Shown in pieces: positions 36,863 through 47,794 of a DNA stretch of 64,000 bases. The position numbers and the translations under genes are program-made. The stretch is taken from contig JBGARZ010000025.1 in NCBI GenBank assembly GCA_044229975.1, forward strand, positions 1-64,000. The letters run 5' to 3'. Origin of the DNA: Polyangiales bacterium (GTDB taxonomy: Bacteria > Myxococcota_A > Polyangia > Polyangiales > Ga0077539). Below the pieces are notes generated by a model. That model saw only the letters and a program-made list of their open reading frames with translations, made no database searches and had not been told where the DNA came from. Numbering within the stretch: position 1 is the stretch's first letter; every line of letters starts with the position of its first letter.

Positions 36863-38443
36863 TCACCGACGCGCAGGCCCGCGCGCTTCACCAGAGCCGA
36901 GCGTGGCGACGGGGACACAGAGGACGGCCGTTGTTCCGCGAGGTCTTCGGGGCGCCAGGGCGAGCGCCCCCCGGTGAATCTTCACGATCTCGTTTGCGAT
37001 GGTGAGGCCGAGCTCTGCCCCGAGCCTCGGGGCCTTGGTGCTGAGGAAGGGCTCCCTGACGTGCGCCATGAGGTCGGGTCCGACCCCAACGCCGTCGTCC
37101 TCGACCTCGAACTGTACCGAGGTCGCGTCGTGGTGAAGGGCCAGGCGCACGGACCCGCCGCGTTCACAGGCGCCGCAGGCGTTGAGCATGAGGTTGACGA
37201 GCGCGTGTTCAAGGAGTCGCCGGTCTCCGCGGATCGTAGGCCCGCCCGCACGCGCCTCGGTCTCCAGTCCGACGCCCGCCCGGGTGAAGCGATGCTCGAC
37301 GAGCGTGGCGGCGTCCTCCGCAATCTCCGCGGGGTCGAGCCGCTCCAGCGCCGGGCTCGCGCCTCGGGCGAGTCGCAGGAAGCCCCGGATCACGCTGTCG
37401 ATGCGGTCTGTCTGATCGAGGATGCGCTGGGCCGCGTTGGCGCCGCGCGCGTCGTCGGCGAAGCGCCCCAGGAGCTGCTCGGCGCGTCCATGGATGACGC
37501 CGAGCGGCGTAGAGATCTCATGGGCGACGCTCGTGGCGAAGGTCAGCATCGTGGCGGCGCGTCCCTGGTGTTCGAGCTGCTCCTCCCGCTCCTGTTCCTG
37601 CTCGGCGAGGGTGAGCTCTTGCAGCAGTCCGAGCTCCTTGCGCTCCGCTCGCAGCGCGTACCATCCGAAGGCCAGCACGAGGCCGCCCGCGAGCGCGACG
37701 CCGAACAGGATGCGCCACCTCGCCCGGGTCTGCCGATCGCGCTCCGCAGCGAGGCTCATCGCGACCACCACGTCCCACTGACCCAGCGGGCCCGCGTCGA
37801 TGCGTGACGCGCCCGCCACGGCGACGCGGCGAGGCAATCCCAGCGCGGCCGCCTGCTCGCGGGTGAGGCGTCTCGCGCCCGGTCGATCTGCGAGGGGTCC
37901 GAGGAGGTCCGGGTCGAGCTGCCGACCCGACGACACGAGGAACGCATGCTCGTTGGGAGGCCGCAGCGCCACCCACTGTCCTTCCTCGATGCTCAGGTCG
38001 GCGAGGAAGGGGGCGATCGGGACGTTCATGTCCACCCAGCGATGTCCTGACACCGGCACGCTGAGGCCGAGGCGACCCGCTGCCGCCGGAGGGCGAGAAG
38101 CGTTCGCCGAGACGACACGCAGTCCCTCGTACCGCCATCGACCCAGCAGCGGGCGGGCGTCGCTCGTGGGGTCGTCGGCAGCGAGAGCGATGGCATCCGC
38201 ACGAACGACGTCGAGTCTCGCCGTGATCACCGAAGCCACGAGGGTCGCGAACGCAGTCTGCCGCTTCTCAAGCTCTGCGAGTGACGCCTCGGCTTCGCGT
38301 TCCTGATCCCAGAGGCCCACGATGACGACGAGGCCCAGCGAGAGGGCCATCAACCCGGCGAGCCAGGGGTTGCCGGCGGCCCGGCCAGCACCCGTTCTCA
38401 CTGCCTTCAACTCGGCCACGAGGCATCCCGGGCGATCACGCAC
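36863..38443 (-). CDS. membrane sensor histidine kinase (paralog of 32324..33757)
   Basis: AHEISTPL H-box, DDGVG; G2 box altered to GAELGL; start uncertain. Confidence 0.88.
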   Translation of the reverse strand: MRDRPGCLVAELKAVRTGAGRAAGNPWLAGLMALSLGLVVIVGLWDQEREAEASLAELEKRQTAFATLVASVITARLDVVRADAIALAADDPTSDARPLLGRWRYEGLRVVSANASRPPAAAGRLGLSVPVSGHRWVDMNVPIAPFLADLSIEEGQWVALRPPNEHAFLVSSGRQLDPDLLGPLADRPGARRLTREQAAALGLPRRVAVAGASRIDAGPLGQWDVVVAMSLAAERDRQTRARWRILFGVALAGGLVLAFGWYALRAERKELGLLQELTLAEQEQEREEQLEHQGRAATMLTFATSVAHEISTPLGVIHGRAEQLLGRFADDARGANAAQRILDQTDRIDSVIRGFLRLARGASPALERLDPAEIAEDAATLVEHRFTRAGVGLETEARAGGPTIRGDRRLLEHALVNLMLNACGACERGGSVRLALHHDATSVQFEVEDDGVGVGPDLMAHVREPFLSTKAPRLGAELGLTIANEIVKIHRGALALAPRRPRGTTAVLCVPVATLGSGEARGPARR

Positions 38444-38503
38444 TGACGCCTTCGAGCAAAGATCTGACCGTCGGTCGGACCTCGTCGAAACGTTGAGGGG
38501 TGA

Positions 38504-38608
38504 GGGAATTTTTCCGTAGCCGGACGGAAGAACTCCGCGGAAGTTCAGCCCACGAACACCCCAACAGTTCGACTGTGCGGCTTCTGTGTCGTTGGACTAC
38601 GACATGCA
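38504..38608 (+). promoter_or_regulatory. paired CGGA-N5-TCCG boxes plus sigma54 promoter
   Basis: GGGAATTTTTCCG (38504), CGGAAGAACTCCG (38525), TGGACT-ACGAC-ATGCA (GG 38594, GC 38606). Confidence 0.65.
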
Positions 38609-38623
38609 GACCGCGCATCGAGT

Positions 38624-39406
38624 ATGGAGGCTCTCAACGCGCGCGTCGCAAGGCGGGCAGTCGGTCCGTCCTGGCTTCACTTCATCCCGCCCCGTCCGCG
38701 GACCGTGCTGGTGACGCTGCCCGCGATCTGGCTGCTCTGCTTGCTGATCTCGTTCCTCGGGTCTTCGCGCCGCGCCCAGTACTGGGGACGAGCTGATACC
38801 CCCGAGCGGGATGAGTGGCCGCTCACCCGACTCATCATGGATGCGGCGAACGTCAGGCCCGGAATGCAGGTCGCGGACGTCGGTGCCGGGGGCGGGTACT
38901 TCACGTTCCGCTTCGCACGAGAGGTGGGGCCGCGCGGGCGGGTCGTGGCCACGGACATCGACCCCCACATGATCGGAGAACTCTACCTGGAGCGGATGCG
39001 TCGCTCCGCTTCCAACGTCACCCCGCGCCTTGTGGACTCGGACGACGTGGGGCTCCCCGTCGCGAGCACCGATCTCGTGCTGGTGATGAACACCTACCAG
39101 TTCCGTGACTGCACCGAGTCGCGCAACCGGCGCTACCTTCGCGACCTCGCGCGCGCTCTCCGCCCTCGTGGCCGGGTGATCATCGCCGACGACTTCGTTC
39201 ACTCCGCGGGGTGGGTCTCTCCCGCGGAGGGCCGACCTTCTCGGTGCGGCAACCTCCCTCCCACCGCGCTTGCGAGGTTGGCGTCGCCGCATCTGACCGT
39301 GGAAAGGACCGTGTCGGTCGTGCTCCCGGGGCATCGGTACGCGCCCCGGGAAGCCCCTGGCTATCTGCTGGTCCTCGCGCGCGCCGACGCCACAACGCAG
39401 CGGTAA
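38624..39406 (+). CDS. class I SAM-dependent methyltransferase with N-terminal TM
   Basis: VADVGAGGGYF, VVATDID, LRPRGRVII. Confidence 0.85.
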   Translation: MEALNARVARRAVGPSWLHFIPPRPRTVLVTLPAIWLLCLLISFLGSSRRAQYWGRADTPERDEWPLTRLIMDAANVRPGMQVADVGAGGGYFTFRFAREVGPRGRVVATDIDPHMIGELYLERMRRSASNVTPRLVDSDDVGLPVASTDLVLVMNTYQFRDCTESRNRRYLRDLARALRPRGRVIIADDFVHSAGWVSPAEGRPSRCGNLPPTALARLASPHLTVERTVSVVLPGHRYAPREAPGYLLVLARADATTQR

Positions 39407-39532
39407 GGAGAACCTCCGTAGGTCCCTCGGAAGAACTCCGTCTCGAAGGCTCCACGTCGATGGGGACGTGAGGACCGCGCTGCGTCGGACAAAGCGCGTC
39501 GTGGAAGCAAGGCAACCGGCATCGAGCTTGCT
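39406..39532 (+). promoter_or_regulatory. paired CGGA-N5-TCCG boxes plus sigma54 promoter
   Basis: AGGAGAACCTCCG (39406), CGGAAGAACTCCG (39428), CGGCAT-CGAGC-TTGCT (GG 39518, GC 39530). Confidence 0.7.
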
Positions 39533-39606
39533 CAACTCGTCATCGGCGATCGCGATGCGCGTTGCCGTCCACCGACAACACGTCCACCCGAAGGATCAGG
39601 AGATCA

Positions 39607-39939
39607 ATGGTGATGCACCCACGACGCAGACTTGAACCAATCCGGCCTTCGACTCGCCGCGCGCTGGCCCTTCGCGGATTGGGGGGCGTGCTCGTCGCCG
39701 CCTCGGCGTTCGTCGTCGGGTGCTCGTCGTCGCAGACGTCCGGCGCGTCGATCCCGGCCGCGGGCCGCTCGATGTGGAACCAGTGCAGCTCACCGATGAC
39801 GGCCTGGTGCCATCGCCAGGGCCAGGGCGATCCGACGCTTGACCGGGAGTGCGAGGCGACCACCGCACGCGAGTACGCGGCTCTGCCGGAGGACGCGGCA
39901 CGCCGCCAGTATCTCACGGCCCACGGCTGCACGTTGTAG
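39607..39939 (+). CDS. small Cys-containing lipoprotein
   Basis: AGGAG RBS; lipobox VVGC; four further Cys. Confidence 0.65.
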   Translation: MVMHPRRRLEPIRPSTRRALALRGLGGVLVAASAFVVGCSSSQTSGASIPAAGRSMWNQCSSPMTAWCHRQGQGDPTLDRECEATTAREYAALPEDAARRQYLTAHGCTL

Positions 39940-40022
39940 GGTCCAGCGTCACGGCGAGTCGCCGCGCTCCTTCGGGTCACTTCCGCGGGCTCGACCTCGG
40001 CACACGCCCGCGGACCACTTCA

Positions 40023-41390
<1,368 letters not shown>

Positions 41391-41404
41391 CGCTCAGGAC
41401 GACC

Positions 41405-41534
41405 GGGAAATCTTCCGGGGCCGTCGCGGAGAGACTCCCTCGCCGTCCGGCCGCGGCGTCAGGTCTCCTCCGGGACCCTCACGAAATCCGCGCTTCTCCA
41501 TCGCCATCAACAGCGGGGTGGTCTGACCCTTGCG
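41405..41534 (+). promoter_or_regulatory. paired CGGA-N5-TCCG boxes plus sigma54 promoter
   Basis: GGGAAATCTTCCG (41405), CGGAGAGACTCCC (41427), TGGTCT-GACCC-TTGCG (GG 41520, GC 41532). Confidence 0.65.
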
Positions 41535-41671
41535 CAGTGGGGGCTCCGCGGCCCGTTCTGGCCCTCGCAGGAATCACTGCGCCGCAGTCCTCGTTGACGT
41601 GGCCCGATCTCCCGCCGCGACTCGCTCCTTCGGAGCGCCCACGGACGGATCAACGACCCGGAAGGTCCTCG

Positions 41672-42463
41672 ATGTCGCCTCTGCCCCTGGTCCAACTCGC
41701 CGCGGTCCTACCCTTCTTCCGCCCTCTCGGGAGCTTCGGCCCCATCAACTCATTCGGTGTGCTCGTCGCGCTCGGGGTGGCGCTCGGGTTCCGCCTCGCT
41801 GCGAGTCGCGCTCGGGTGCTCGGCCTCGATCGCGAGCAATTCGAGAGCCACGTCGTCTGGACGGTCACGACCGGCTTCGTCCTCAGCCACGTCCTCGATA
41901 CGATCTTCTATCACCCAGAGGTGCTGCTCACGCGACCGTGGGAGCTGCTGATGATCCATCAGGGGCTCTCGTCGTTTGGCGGCTTCGTCGGTGGGGTCGT
42001 CGGCTTCCTCCTCTACGCGCGCTGCCACCGGGTGGACGTCTGGCGCAGCGCGGACGCCATCGCGTTCGGTCTGCCCGCGGGGTGGCTCTTCGGTCGGATG
42101 GCGTGCGCCTCGATCCACGATCACCCCGGCGCCCTCTCGACGAGTCCCTTCGCGGTCGCGTGGCCCGGCGGTTCGCGCTTCGACCTCGGGCTGTTGGAGC
42201 TGATGTTCGTTCCGCTGCTCATCGTCGGGGTGCTCCTCGTCGCCCGGCGCACAACCCGTCCCGGCTCGACGATCGCCGCGCTTGCGCTGATGTACCCGCC
42301 GATCCGCTTCCCGCTCGACTTCCTCCGCGCGTCGGCCGCCGAGGGGGGAGACGTCCGCTACTTCGGCCTGACGCCCGGGCAGTACGCGTCCATCGGTCTC
42401 TTCGTCGTCGGCCTCTGGCTCCTGCGTCGGCTGCGCCGATCTCCCACGCAAGACGCCTCCTGA
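41672..42463 (+). CDS. lgt: prolipoprotein diacylglyceryl transferase family protein
   Basis: GLSSFGGFVGG, GRMAC, RFPLDFLR, YFGLTPGQ; multi-TM. Confidence 0.8.
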   Translation: MSPLPLVQLAAVLPFFRPLGSFGPINSFGVLVALGVALGFRLAASRARVLGLDREQFESHVVWTVTTGFVLSHVLDTIFYHPEVLLTRPWELLMIHQGLSSFGGFVGGVVGFLLYARCHRVDVWRSADAIAFGLPAGWLFGRMACASIHDHPGALSTSPFAVAWPGGSRFDLGLLELMFVPLLIVGVLLVARRTTRPGSTIAALALMYPPIRFPLDFLRASAAEGGDVRYFGLTPGQYASIGLFVVGLWLLRRLRRSPTQDAS

Positions 42464-42482
42464 GCGGTGCTCCGTGGGGCGC

Positions 42483-42953
42483 CTACCCGCTGCGGTGTTG
42501 GCGCTCGGGACGGGTGAGATGCTCCTCCACGCGAGCGGTCACGACGAGCGCGGCGAGCATCGCGACGACGAAGGCCGCGACGGAACCCGAGCCCGTGACG
42601 AGAGCGGCGATCCCTGGCCCCGGGCAGTAGCCGCCGAGCCCCCAGCCGATGCCGAAGAGCGCCGCGCCCACCAGCAGACGGGTGTCGAGGTCGCGACGGG
42701 TCGGCAGCACGAACGCCGCCGCGAGGACAGGCGAGTTGCGCCGCGTGATGAACGCGACGGCGACCGCGTGGACGGCGATGGCACCACCCATGACGAAGGC
42801 CAGCGACGGGTCCCACGCGCGAAAGAAGTCGAGGAAGCCGAGCACCTTCGCCGGCCGCGTCATGCCCGCGAGCGCGAGCCCGAAGGCGAAGAGAGCACCC
42901 GCCGCCAACGCCACGACCCGCTGCCCGAAGCGGTGCCACGAGTGCTGAGTCAC
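42483..42953 (-). CDS. YeeE/YedE sulfur transporter half
   Basis: GMTRPAKVLGFLD, WDPSLAFVM, GWGLGGYCPGP; GTGA overlap with the upstream gene. Confidence 0.88.
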   Translation of the reverse strand: MTQHSWHRFGQRVVALAAGALFAFGLALAGMTRPAKVLGFLDFFRAWDPSLAFVMGGAIAVHAVAVAFITRRNSPVLAAAFVLPTRRDLDTRLLVGAALFGIGWGLGGYCPGPGIAALVTGSGSVAAFVVAMLAALVVTARVEEHLTRPERQHRSG

Positions 42954-44140
42954 GCGGCACCTCTGACGACGAGGACGGTCAGCGCCCCGGCCGCGATGAA
43001 AGTGAGGGTGGCCGCGAGCGAGCGCGCCGAGAGCCGCGACAGGCCGCAGACGCCATGGCCCGAGGTGCAGCCGTTGGACAGGCGGGTGCCGACGCCGACG
43101 AGGAGGCCCGCTGCGATCGCAGTGCCGGTGCCGACGCTCGCGCCTGTAAAGGACCCAGGGAGGGCGACGAGGGCCGCGGCGCCGCCCAGGAGCAGCCCGG
43201 CGACGAAGAGGGCGCGCCAGGCGACGTCGCCGACCGTGGGATGCACGACGCCGCCGACGATGCCAGAGACGCCCAGGACGCGACCGTTGAAGGCGAGCAG
43301 CAGCGAGGCGCTGGCGCCGATGAGCGCGCCACCGGCGAGGGCGCGAATCCAATCCGGTTGGAGCAGGGACAAGAGGTCTCTCCCGAGAGGCATGGTGTTG
43401 ATCTGACGGCCGAGGGTGAACAGCGCGACGAGCATCACGAACGCGCCGAAGCCGGTGCGCAGCGCTGCGGGAGACACGCGCCGGGCGAGGCGCGTCCCGA
43501 CGAGGCTCCCGATGACGGATGCGGCGGTGACGGCGGCGAGGAGAGCCCACGGGAGGGCCGCCTCGCTCGCGTGCCCGGCGAAGCCCGCGAAGGATTGCAG
43601 GGCGATGATGAAGAGCGAGGTCGCGACGGCCGACTCCATGGTGAGCCCGCCGAGCAGCGCCAGCGCCGGGACGATGACGAAGCCGCCGCCGGCGCCCACG
43701 AGGCCCGAGACTAGACCCACGACGGCGCCGAGCGCGAGCATGCGACCCGTGCGAGGGGCGGCATTGGAGGGACACGCAAGCACGCTGCGGCGGGGCGTCA
43801 TCATGGCCACCGCGGTGACGACCATCAGCGTCGTGAACCCCAGCAGGAGCATCGTCGCGGGCACCAGCCGCGCGAGTCGTCCGCCGAGGAAGGCGCCGAC
43901 CATCCCCGCACCACCGAAGAGGGCGCCGACGCGCCAGCGCACGAGTCCGGCGCGCGCCCTGGGGACGAGCGCCGCGACGCTGGTTGCGCCGACGACGAAG
44001 AGCGATGAGGCGATGGCGCGGCGGGGTTCGAGGCCCGCGGCGTAGACGAGCACCGGCACCGCGAGGATGGATCCGCCGCCGCCCAGCAGGCCCAGTGAGA
44101 TCCCGATGAGCACCGCGAGCGCGACGGTGAATGCCATCAC
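42950..44140 (-). CDS. TauE/SafE (TSUP) exporter fused to a YeeE/YedE half
   Basis: N-terminal GLLGGGGSILAVP and GAGGGFVIVP; C-terminal NGRVLGVSGI and GCTSGHGVCGLSRLS. Confidence 0.85.
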   Translation of the reverse strand: MMAFTVALAVLIGISLGLLGGGGSILAVPVLVYAAGLEPRRAIASSLFVVGATSVAALVPRARAGLVRWRVGALFGGAGMVGAFLGGRLARLVPATMLLLGFTTLMVVTAVAMMTPRRSVLACPSNAAPRTGRMLALGAVVGLVSGLVGAGGGFVIVPALALLGGLTMESAVATSLFIIALQSFAGFAGHASEAALPWALLAAVTAASVIGSLVGTRLARRVSPAALRTGFGAFVMLVALFTLGRQINTMPLGRDLLSLLQPDWIRALAGGALIGASASLLLAFNGRVLGVSGIVGGVVHPTVGDVAWRALFVAGLLLGGAAALVALPGSFTGASVGTGTAIAAGLLVGVGTRLSNGCTSGHGVCGLSRLSARSLAATLTFIAAGALTVLVVRGAA

Positions 44141-44144
44141 GCCG

Positions 44145-44507
44145 CTACCGCGCCGTCCGTGCGACGGGGAGGCCCGCGGCGTTGTAGGCGATCATCCCGC
44201 CTTCGAGGTTGATCACACGCTGGAATCCCACGCGCACGAGGGCGGAGGCCGCACGCCCCGACCGCGCGCCCGAGCGGCACACCATCACGAGGGTCGCGTC
44301 GCGGTCCCAGCCCGCTGCGGCCGCTTCGACGGTGCCCAACGGCACCAACTCGGCGCCCGGCGCGTGTCCGAGCTCAGCGTTGAACTCGTTCGGCTCGCGC
44401 ACGTCGATCAGGCGCACGCCTCGTGCTGCGGGGCCCACCTCGGACGGGGCGATGGACCGGTAGCCATCCGGGTGGGGCCGGGCGCGGCTGAACATATCAG
44501 GCTCCAT
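44145..44507 (-). CDS. rhodanese-like sulfurtransferase
   Basis: IDVREPNEF, active-site CRSGARS, NLEGG. Confidence 0.9.
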   Translation of the reverse strand: MEPDMFSRARPHPDGYRSIAPSEVGPAARGVRLIDVREPNEFNAELGHAPGAELVPLGTVEAAAAGWDRDATLVMVCRSGARSGRAASALVRVGFQRVINLEGGMIAYNAAGLPVARTAR

Positions 44508-44560
44508 GGTGACACTTCTCCTTCGGGGTGAGGTGGCGGGCCGGTAGTCAGTGCAGTGCG

Positions 44561-45274
44561 TCAGCTCGGCACTCCGTGCGCGGGCATCGGGCGCCGGACT
44601 TCGCCGCATGCCTGGTTGGCTGGCACGGCCTCCTGGATCTTCCGCGGTGCGGGCAGCTTGAGCGCTCCCATGATCTGGACGAACTCCTCGCGGCTCTTGC
44701 CAGCGAGGCGCGGGTTGAAGCGCTTCTCCTCGCCGAGGGTCGTCACCGAGTGGCCTCGGTAGTCGTGGCCCGGATACACCAGCGTCTCGTCGGGCAGCGC
44801 GAAGAGCACCTGCGTGAGGGAGTCGTAGAGGGTGCCCGCGTCGCCGTTCTGGAAGTCGGTGCGACCGTTGCCGCGGACGAGCATCGCGTCGCCGGTGAAC
44901 ACCCGGTCGCCCACGAGGTAGCTGACGCTGTCGTCGGTGTGCCCCGGCGTCGCCAGCACCCGTACCTCGATGGCGCCGACGCGCAGCACGTCGCCGTGCG
45001 TGACGTGCCGGTCCGCGCAGGGCGCGCCGACGCCGCCAATGACGGTCTGCACGCCCAAGCGCTCGCGGAGGGTACCCGCTGCGGTGACATGGTCGGCGTG
45101 GACGTGGGTGTCGAGAACGTAGACGAGTCGCAGGCCGAGCTCGCTGACGAGCGTGGAGTCGCGCTCGATCTGCTCGCGGACGGGGTCGATGAGCAGCGCC
45201 TCGCCGCTCACCGGGTCAGCGAGGAGGTACGTGTACGTCGAGCTCTCGGCATCGAACAGTTGGCGGAAGATCAT
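44561..45274 (-). CDS. persulfide dioxygenase (ETHE1-like MBL-fold)
   Basis: FRQLFDAESSTYTY, DTHVHADHVT, TPGHT, GRTDFQ, YPGHDY. Confidence 0.9.
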   Translation of the reverse strand: MIFRQLFDAESSTYTYLLADPVSGEALLIDPVREQIERDSTLVSELGLRLVYVLDTHVHADHVTAAGTLRERLGVQTVIGGVGAPCADRHVTHGDVLRVGAIEVRVLATPGHTDDSVSYLVGDRVFTGDAMLVRGNGRTDFQNGDAGTLYDSLTQVLFALPDETLVYPGHDYRGHSVTTLGEEKRFNPRLAGKSREEFVQIMGALKLPAPRKIQEAVPANQACGEVRRPMPAHGVPS

Positions 45275-45302
45275 CGGCGTTTCACCTCTCGGGGTGGAAC
45301 GT

Positions 45303-45318
45303 TGCGAGGCTCGTGCCG
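45303..45318 (-). promoter_or_regulatory. sigma54 promoter for the persulfide dioxygenase operon
   Basis: Minus strand CGGCAC-GAGCC-TCGCA (GG-N10-GC). Confidence 0.6.
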
Positions 45319-45551
45319 AGGCTAAGAACTAAGGCCGTGTGGCTGGCAAGTCCGCCGCTTTCAGCGTGATGTGTCGATGCGTGCGGCGGAGGACGGAGGC
45401 GCGTTGCCGAGAGCGGTGAAGCATTACGAAACGCTGGATGAAACATCGTTGGGGCGCCGCAACGGCTCGCGGAAGTAGTTGAGCGCCGCACTGCGCCAGG
45501 ACTGTGTGCGGGCGTGCGGTGTCCGCATCGTGTCGGCGGGGGGTGAGGCGG

Positions 45552-45567
45552 TGGCACGCCGGACGCA
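45552..45567 (+). promoter_or_regulatory. sigma54 promoter for the DUF302 gene
   Basis: TGGCAC-GCCGG-ACGCA (GG-N10-GC). Confidence 0.6.
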
Positions 45568-45620
45568 GTGCTCCTCAGCGTCGGCCGCCACCCGCGGTCG
45601 CACCGAACGGAGACTGCAAC

Positions 45621-46025
45621 ATGATGGACTTGAACGTTCCCTATGGGATCGCGCGTCGCCTCGCGGGTGTGTCGCTGGACGAGGCGCGCACCCGCGTCGT
45701 CGAGGCACTCAAGCGGGAGGGCTTCGGTGTGCTCACCGAGATCGACTTGCAGGCGACGCTCAAGAAGAAGCTCGACCTCGACACCGCGCCCTACGTCATC
45801 CTCGGCGCCTGCAACCCGCAACTCGCGCATCGCGCCCTCGAACTGGAGCCCGCCATCGGGCTGCTGCTCCCGTGCAACGTCGTCGTCGCTCAGGATGGCG
45901 GAGACACCGTCATCGCGGCAGCCTCGCCCGCGGCGCTGTTCTCCGTGGTCGAGCAGAAGGAGGCCCTCTCCGTCATCGCGGGCGACGCCGAGGCTCGCCT
46001 GCGCCGCGCGATCGAGACGGCCTGA
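45621..46025 (+). CDS. DUF302 family protein
   Basis: GFGVLTEID, ILGACNP, IGLLLPCNVVV. Confidence 0.9.
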   Translation: MMDLNVPYGIARRLAGVSLDEARTRVVEALKREGFGVLTEIDLQATLKKKLDLDTAPYVILGACNPQLAHRALELEPAIGLLLPCNVVVAQDGGDTVIAAASPAALFSVVEQKEALSVIAGDAEARLRRAIETA

Positions 46026-46027
46026 AC

Positions 46028-46207
46028 ATGTGCCAGCGAGTGACGTGTCCGAGGTGCAACAAGGCAACGTTCGCGGGGTGTGGGAGGCACGTCGAGCGGG
46101 TGCTCCATGGGGTCCCGAAGGAGCAGCGCTGCGCGTGCAACGAGCAGGCGGCAGCGCCATCGGGTGAGCCCCCACCGAAGCGCAAAGGCTGGTGGCCCTT
46201 CGGGTGA
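46028..46207 (+). CDS. small Cys/His-rich protein (59 aa)
   Basis: MCQRVTCPRCNKATFAGCGRHV...RCAC; starts 2 nt after the DUF302 stop. Confidence 0.75.
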   Translation: MCQRVTCPRCNKATFAGCGRHVERVLHGVPKEQRCACNEQAAAPSGEPPPKRKGWWPFG

Positions 46208-46259
46208 GGTCGCTCGCTCGGAGTCGCGCGCGACTCCATGCCGACTCACCATCAACGCG

Positions 46260-46847
46260 TCACGACAGTGGTCGGCACCCGCCCTGGGGCGAACCCCTCG
46301 GTTTCGGCACGCAGTCCATCACGCGTCCGCGTGGGTCGAGCGCGATCTCGCAGCAGGCCAGGAACATGTCTCGGAGTCGTTCGCGCCCCCGCTGCACGCG
46401 CGACTTCATCGCCGACGCGGAGGCGCCGACGAGGAGGGCAGCCTCCTTCTGGCTGAGCCCCTCCAACTCGGTGAGGGTGATCGCTTCGCGGTAGGGCGAG
46501 GGGAGGCGAGCGACGAAGGGGGCGATGCACCGGCAGACCTCAGCCTCGGCGTCCCCCTCGTCCGCCGTAGCTGTCTGCTCGTCGACAGGTTCGGGGGCCG
46601 CCGGGCCGCGCGGTAGGGCGTGCCGCGCGGCCACGCGGTGATGGTCGATGATCACGCTGCGCGCCACCTGGTAGACCCACGGCCCGAAGCGCTCAGCGTC
46701 TCGGAGATGGACCAGGTTCGTCTGGACGCGCAGGAAGACCTCCTGGAGGACGTCGTCCACGTCGGCGGGCGCGACGCGACGCGCGACGAAGGGCCGCAGC
46801 CTCGCCGTCAGCTCAGCCCACACGCCGCACGCGCCCGCCTCGATCAC
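46260..46847 (-). CDS. ECF sigma factor (SigZ-like)
   Basis: DDVLQEVF, WVYQVAR, YREAITLTELEGLSQKEAA, KSRVQRGR, C-terminal CC. Confidence 0.85.
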   Translation of the reverse strand: MIEAGACGVWAELTARLRPFVARRVAPADVDDVLQEVFLRVQTNLVHLRDAERFGPWVYQVARSVIIDHHRVAARHALPRGPAAPEPVDEQTATADEGDAEAEVCRCIAPFVARLPSPYREAITLTELEGLSQKEAALLVGASASAMKSRVQRGRERLRDMFLACCEIALDPRGRVMDCVPKPRGSPQGGCRPLS

Positions 46848-47674
46848 GCCGCGTCCTTCCCGCCACCGGCGCAGCAGCCCGGCGCGCAGCAGGCCCCCGC
46901 GCGGGGCCGCACGGCCTCGATCGTCGCGGAGGCGATGAAGTCCTCGGCCCCAGTGCCCGGGAACCAGTTGCGGATGAAGTCCCGACTCTCCGGGCGGACC
47001 TGCACGCGTACCTCGGTGAAGCCGGCCGCGCGCAGCATCGCCGCGACGTCGTCTGCCGCGGCCGCCCCCGCGACGCAGCCTGCGTGGAGCGCGAGGTTCT
47101 CGCGCAGGGCGTCCGGCACCAGCGCGGTCGCCACCACGTCGGCGATCGCAAGCCGACCGCCCGGCTTGAGCACACGCGCGGCCTCGCGGAAGACAGCCGC
47201 CTTGTCCGGCGAGAGGTTGATCACGCAGTTGGAGAGGATCACATCGACCGCGCCGTCGGCCACCGGCAGGCGCTCGATCTCGCCCAGGCGGAACTCCACG
47301 TTCGATGCTCCGACCTTCGCACCGTTGGCCCGCGCCTTCGCGATCATCTCCGAGGTCATGTCTACGCCGATGACCCGCCCGCCGGGGCCCACCTGCTTCG
47401 CCGCGAGGAAGCAGTCAAAGCCGCCGCCGCTCCCGAGGTCGAGCACCGTCTCCCCGGGGCGCAAGGCGGCGATCGCCTGCGGGTTGCCGCAGCCGAGGCC
47501 GAGGTTGGCGCCCTCGGGGGCCGCGGCAAGCTCGTCGGCGCCGTAGCCCAGGGCCAGGGACGCCTCGGGCGAGGGGCCGCACCCGGTCCCGCAGCAGCCC
47601 GCTCCTCCGCACGCCACCTGGGCGTAGTGGTCCCGCACCCCGCCTCGAATCTCGTCAGCCGTTCGCTCGTTCAT
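46844..47674 (-). CDS. arsM: arsenite S-adenosylmethionine methyltransferase
   Basis: NLGLGCGNP, LDLGSGGGFDC, SNCVINLSPDK, GCVAGA; N- and C-terminal CC. Confidence 0.9.
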   Translation of the reverse strand: MNERTADEIRGGVRDHYAQVACGGAGCCGTGCGPSPEASLALGYGADELAAAPEGANLGLGCGNPQAIAALRPGETVLDLGSGGGFDCFLAAKQVGPGGRVIGVDMTSEMIAKARANGAKVGASNVEFRLGEIERLPVADGAVDVILSNCVINLSPDKAAVFREAARVLKPGGRLAIADVVATALVPDALRENLALHAGCVAGAAAADDVAAMLRAAGFTEVRVQVRPESRDFIRNWFPGTGAEDFIASATIEAVRPRAGACCAPGCCAGGGKDAA

Positions 47675-47794
47675 CGTCGTCCTCCGCCCGTCGCCGGGGT
47701 GACGGTGGCACTGCGCCATCGTCAGCCTCGAAGACGACGACCCGCGAAGAAGGACGCAGGGAATCGACGGGGCACCGTCGGCCGCGCGTAGCGT

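Noticed and set aside
39973..39985. CGGGTCACTTCCG upstream of the Fis-type activator
   Set aside because: Single imperfect match with no correctly spaced partner and no clear -24/-12 element.
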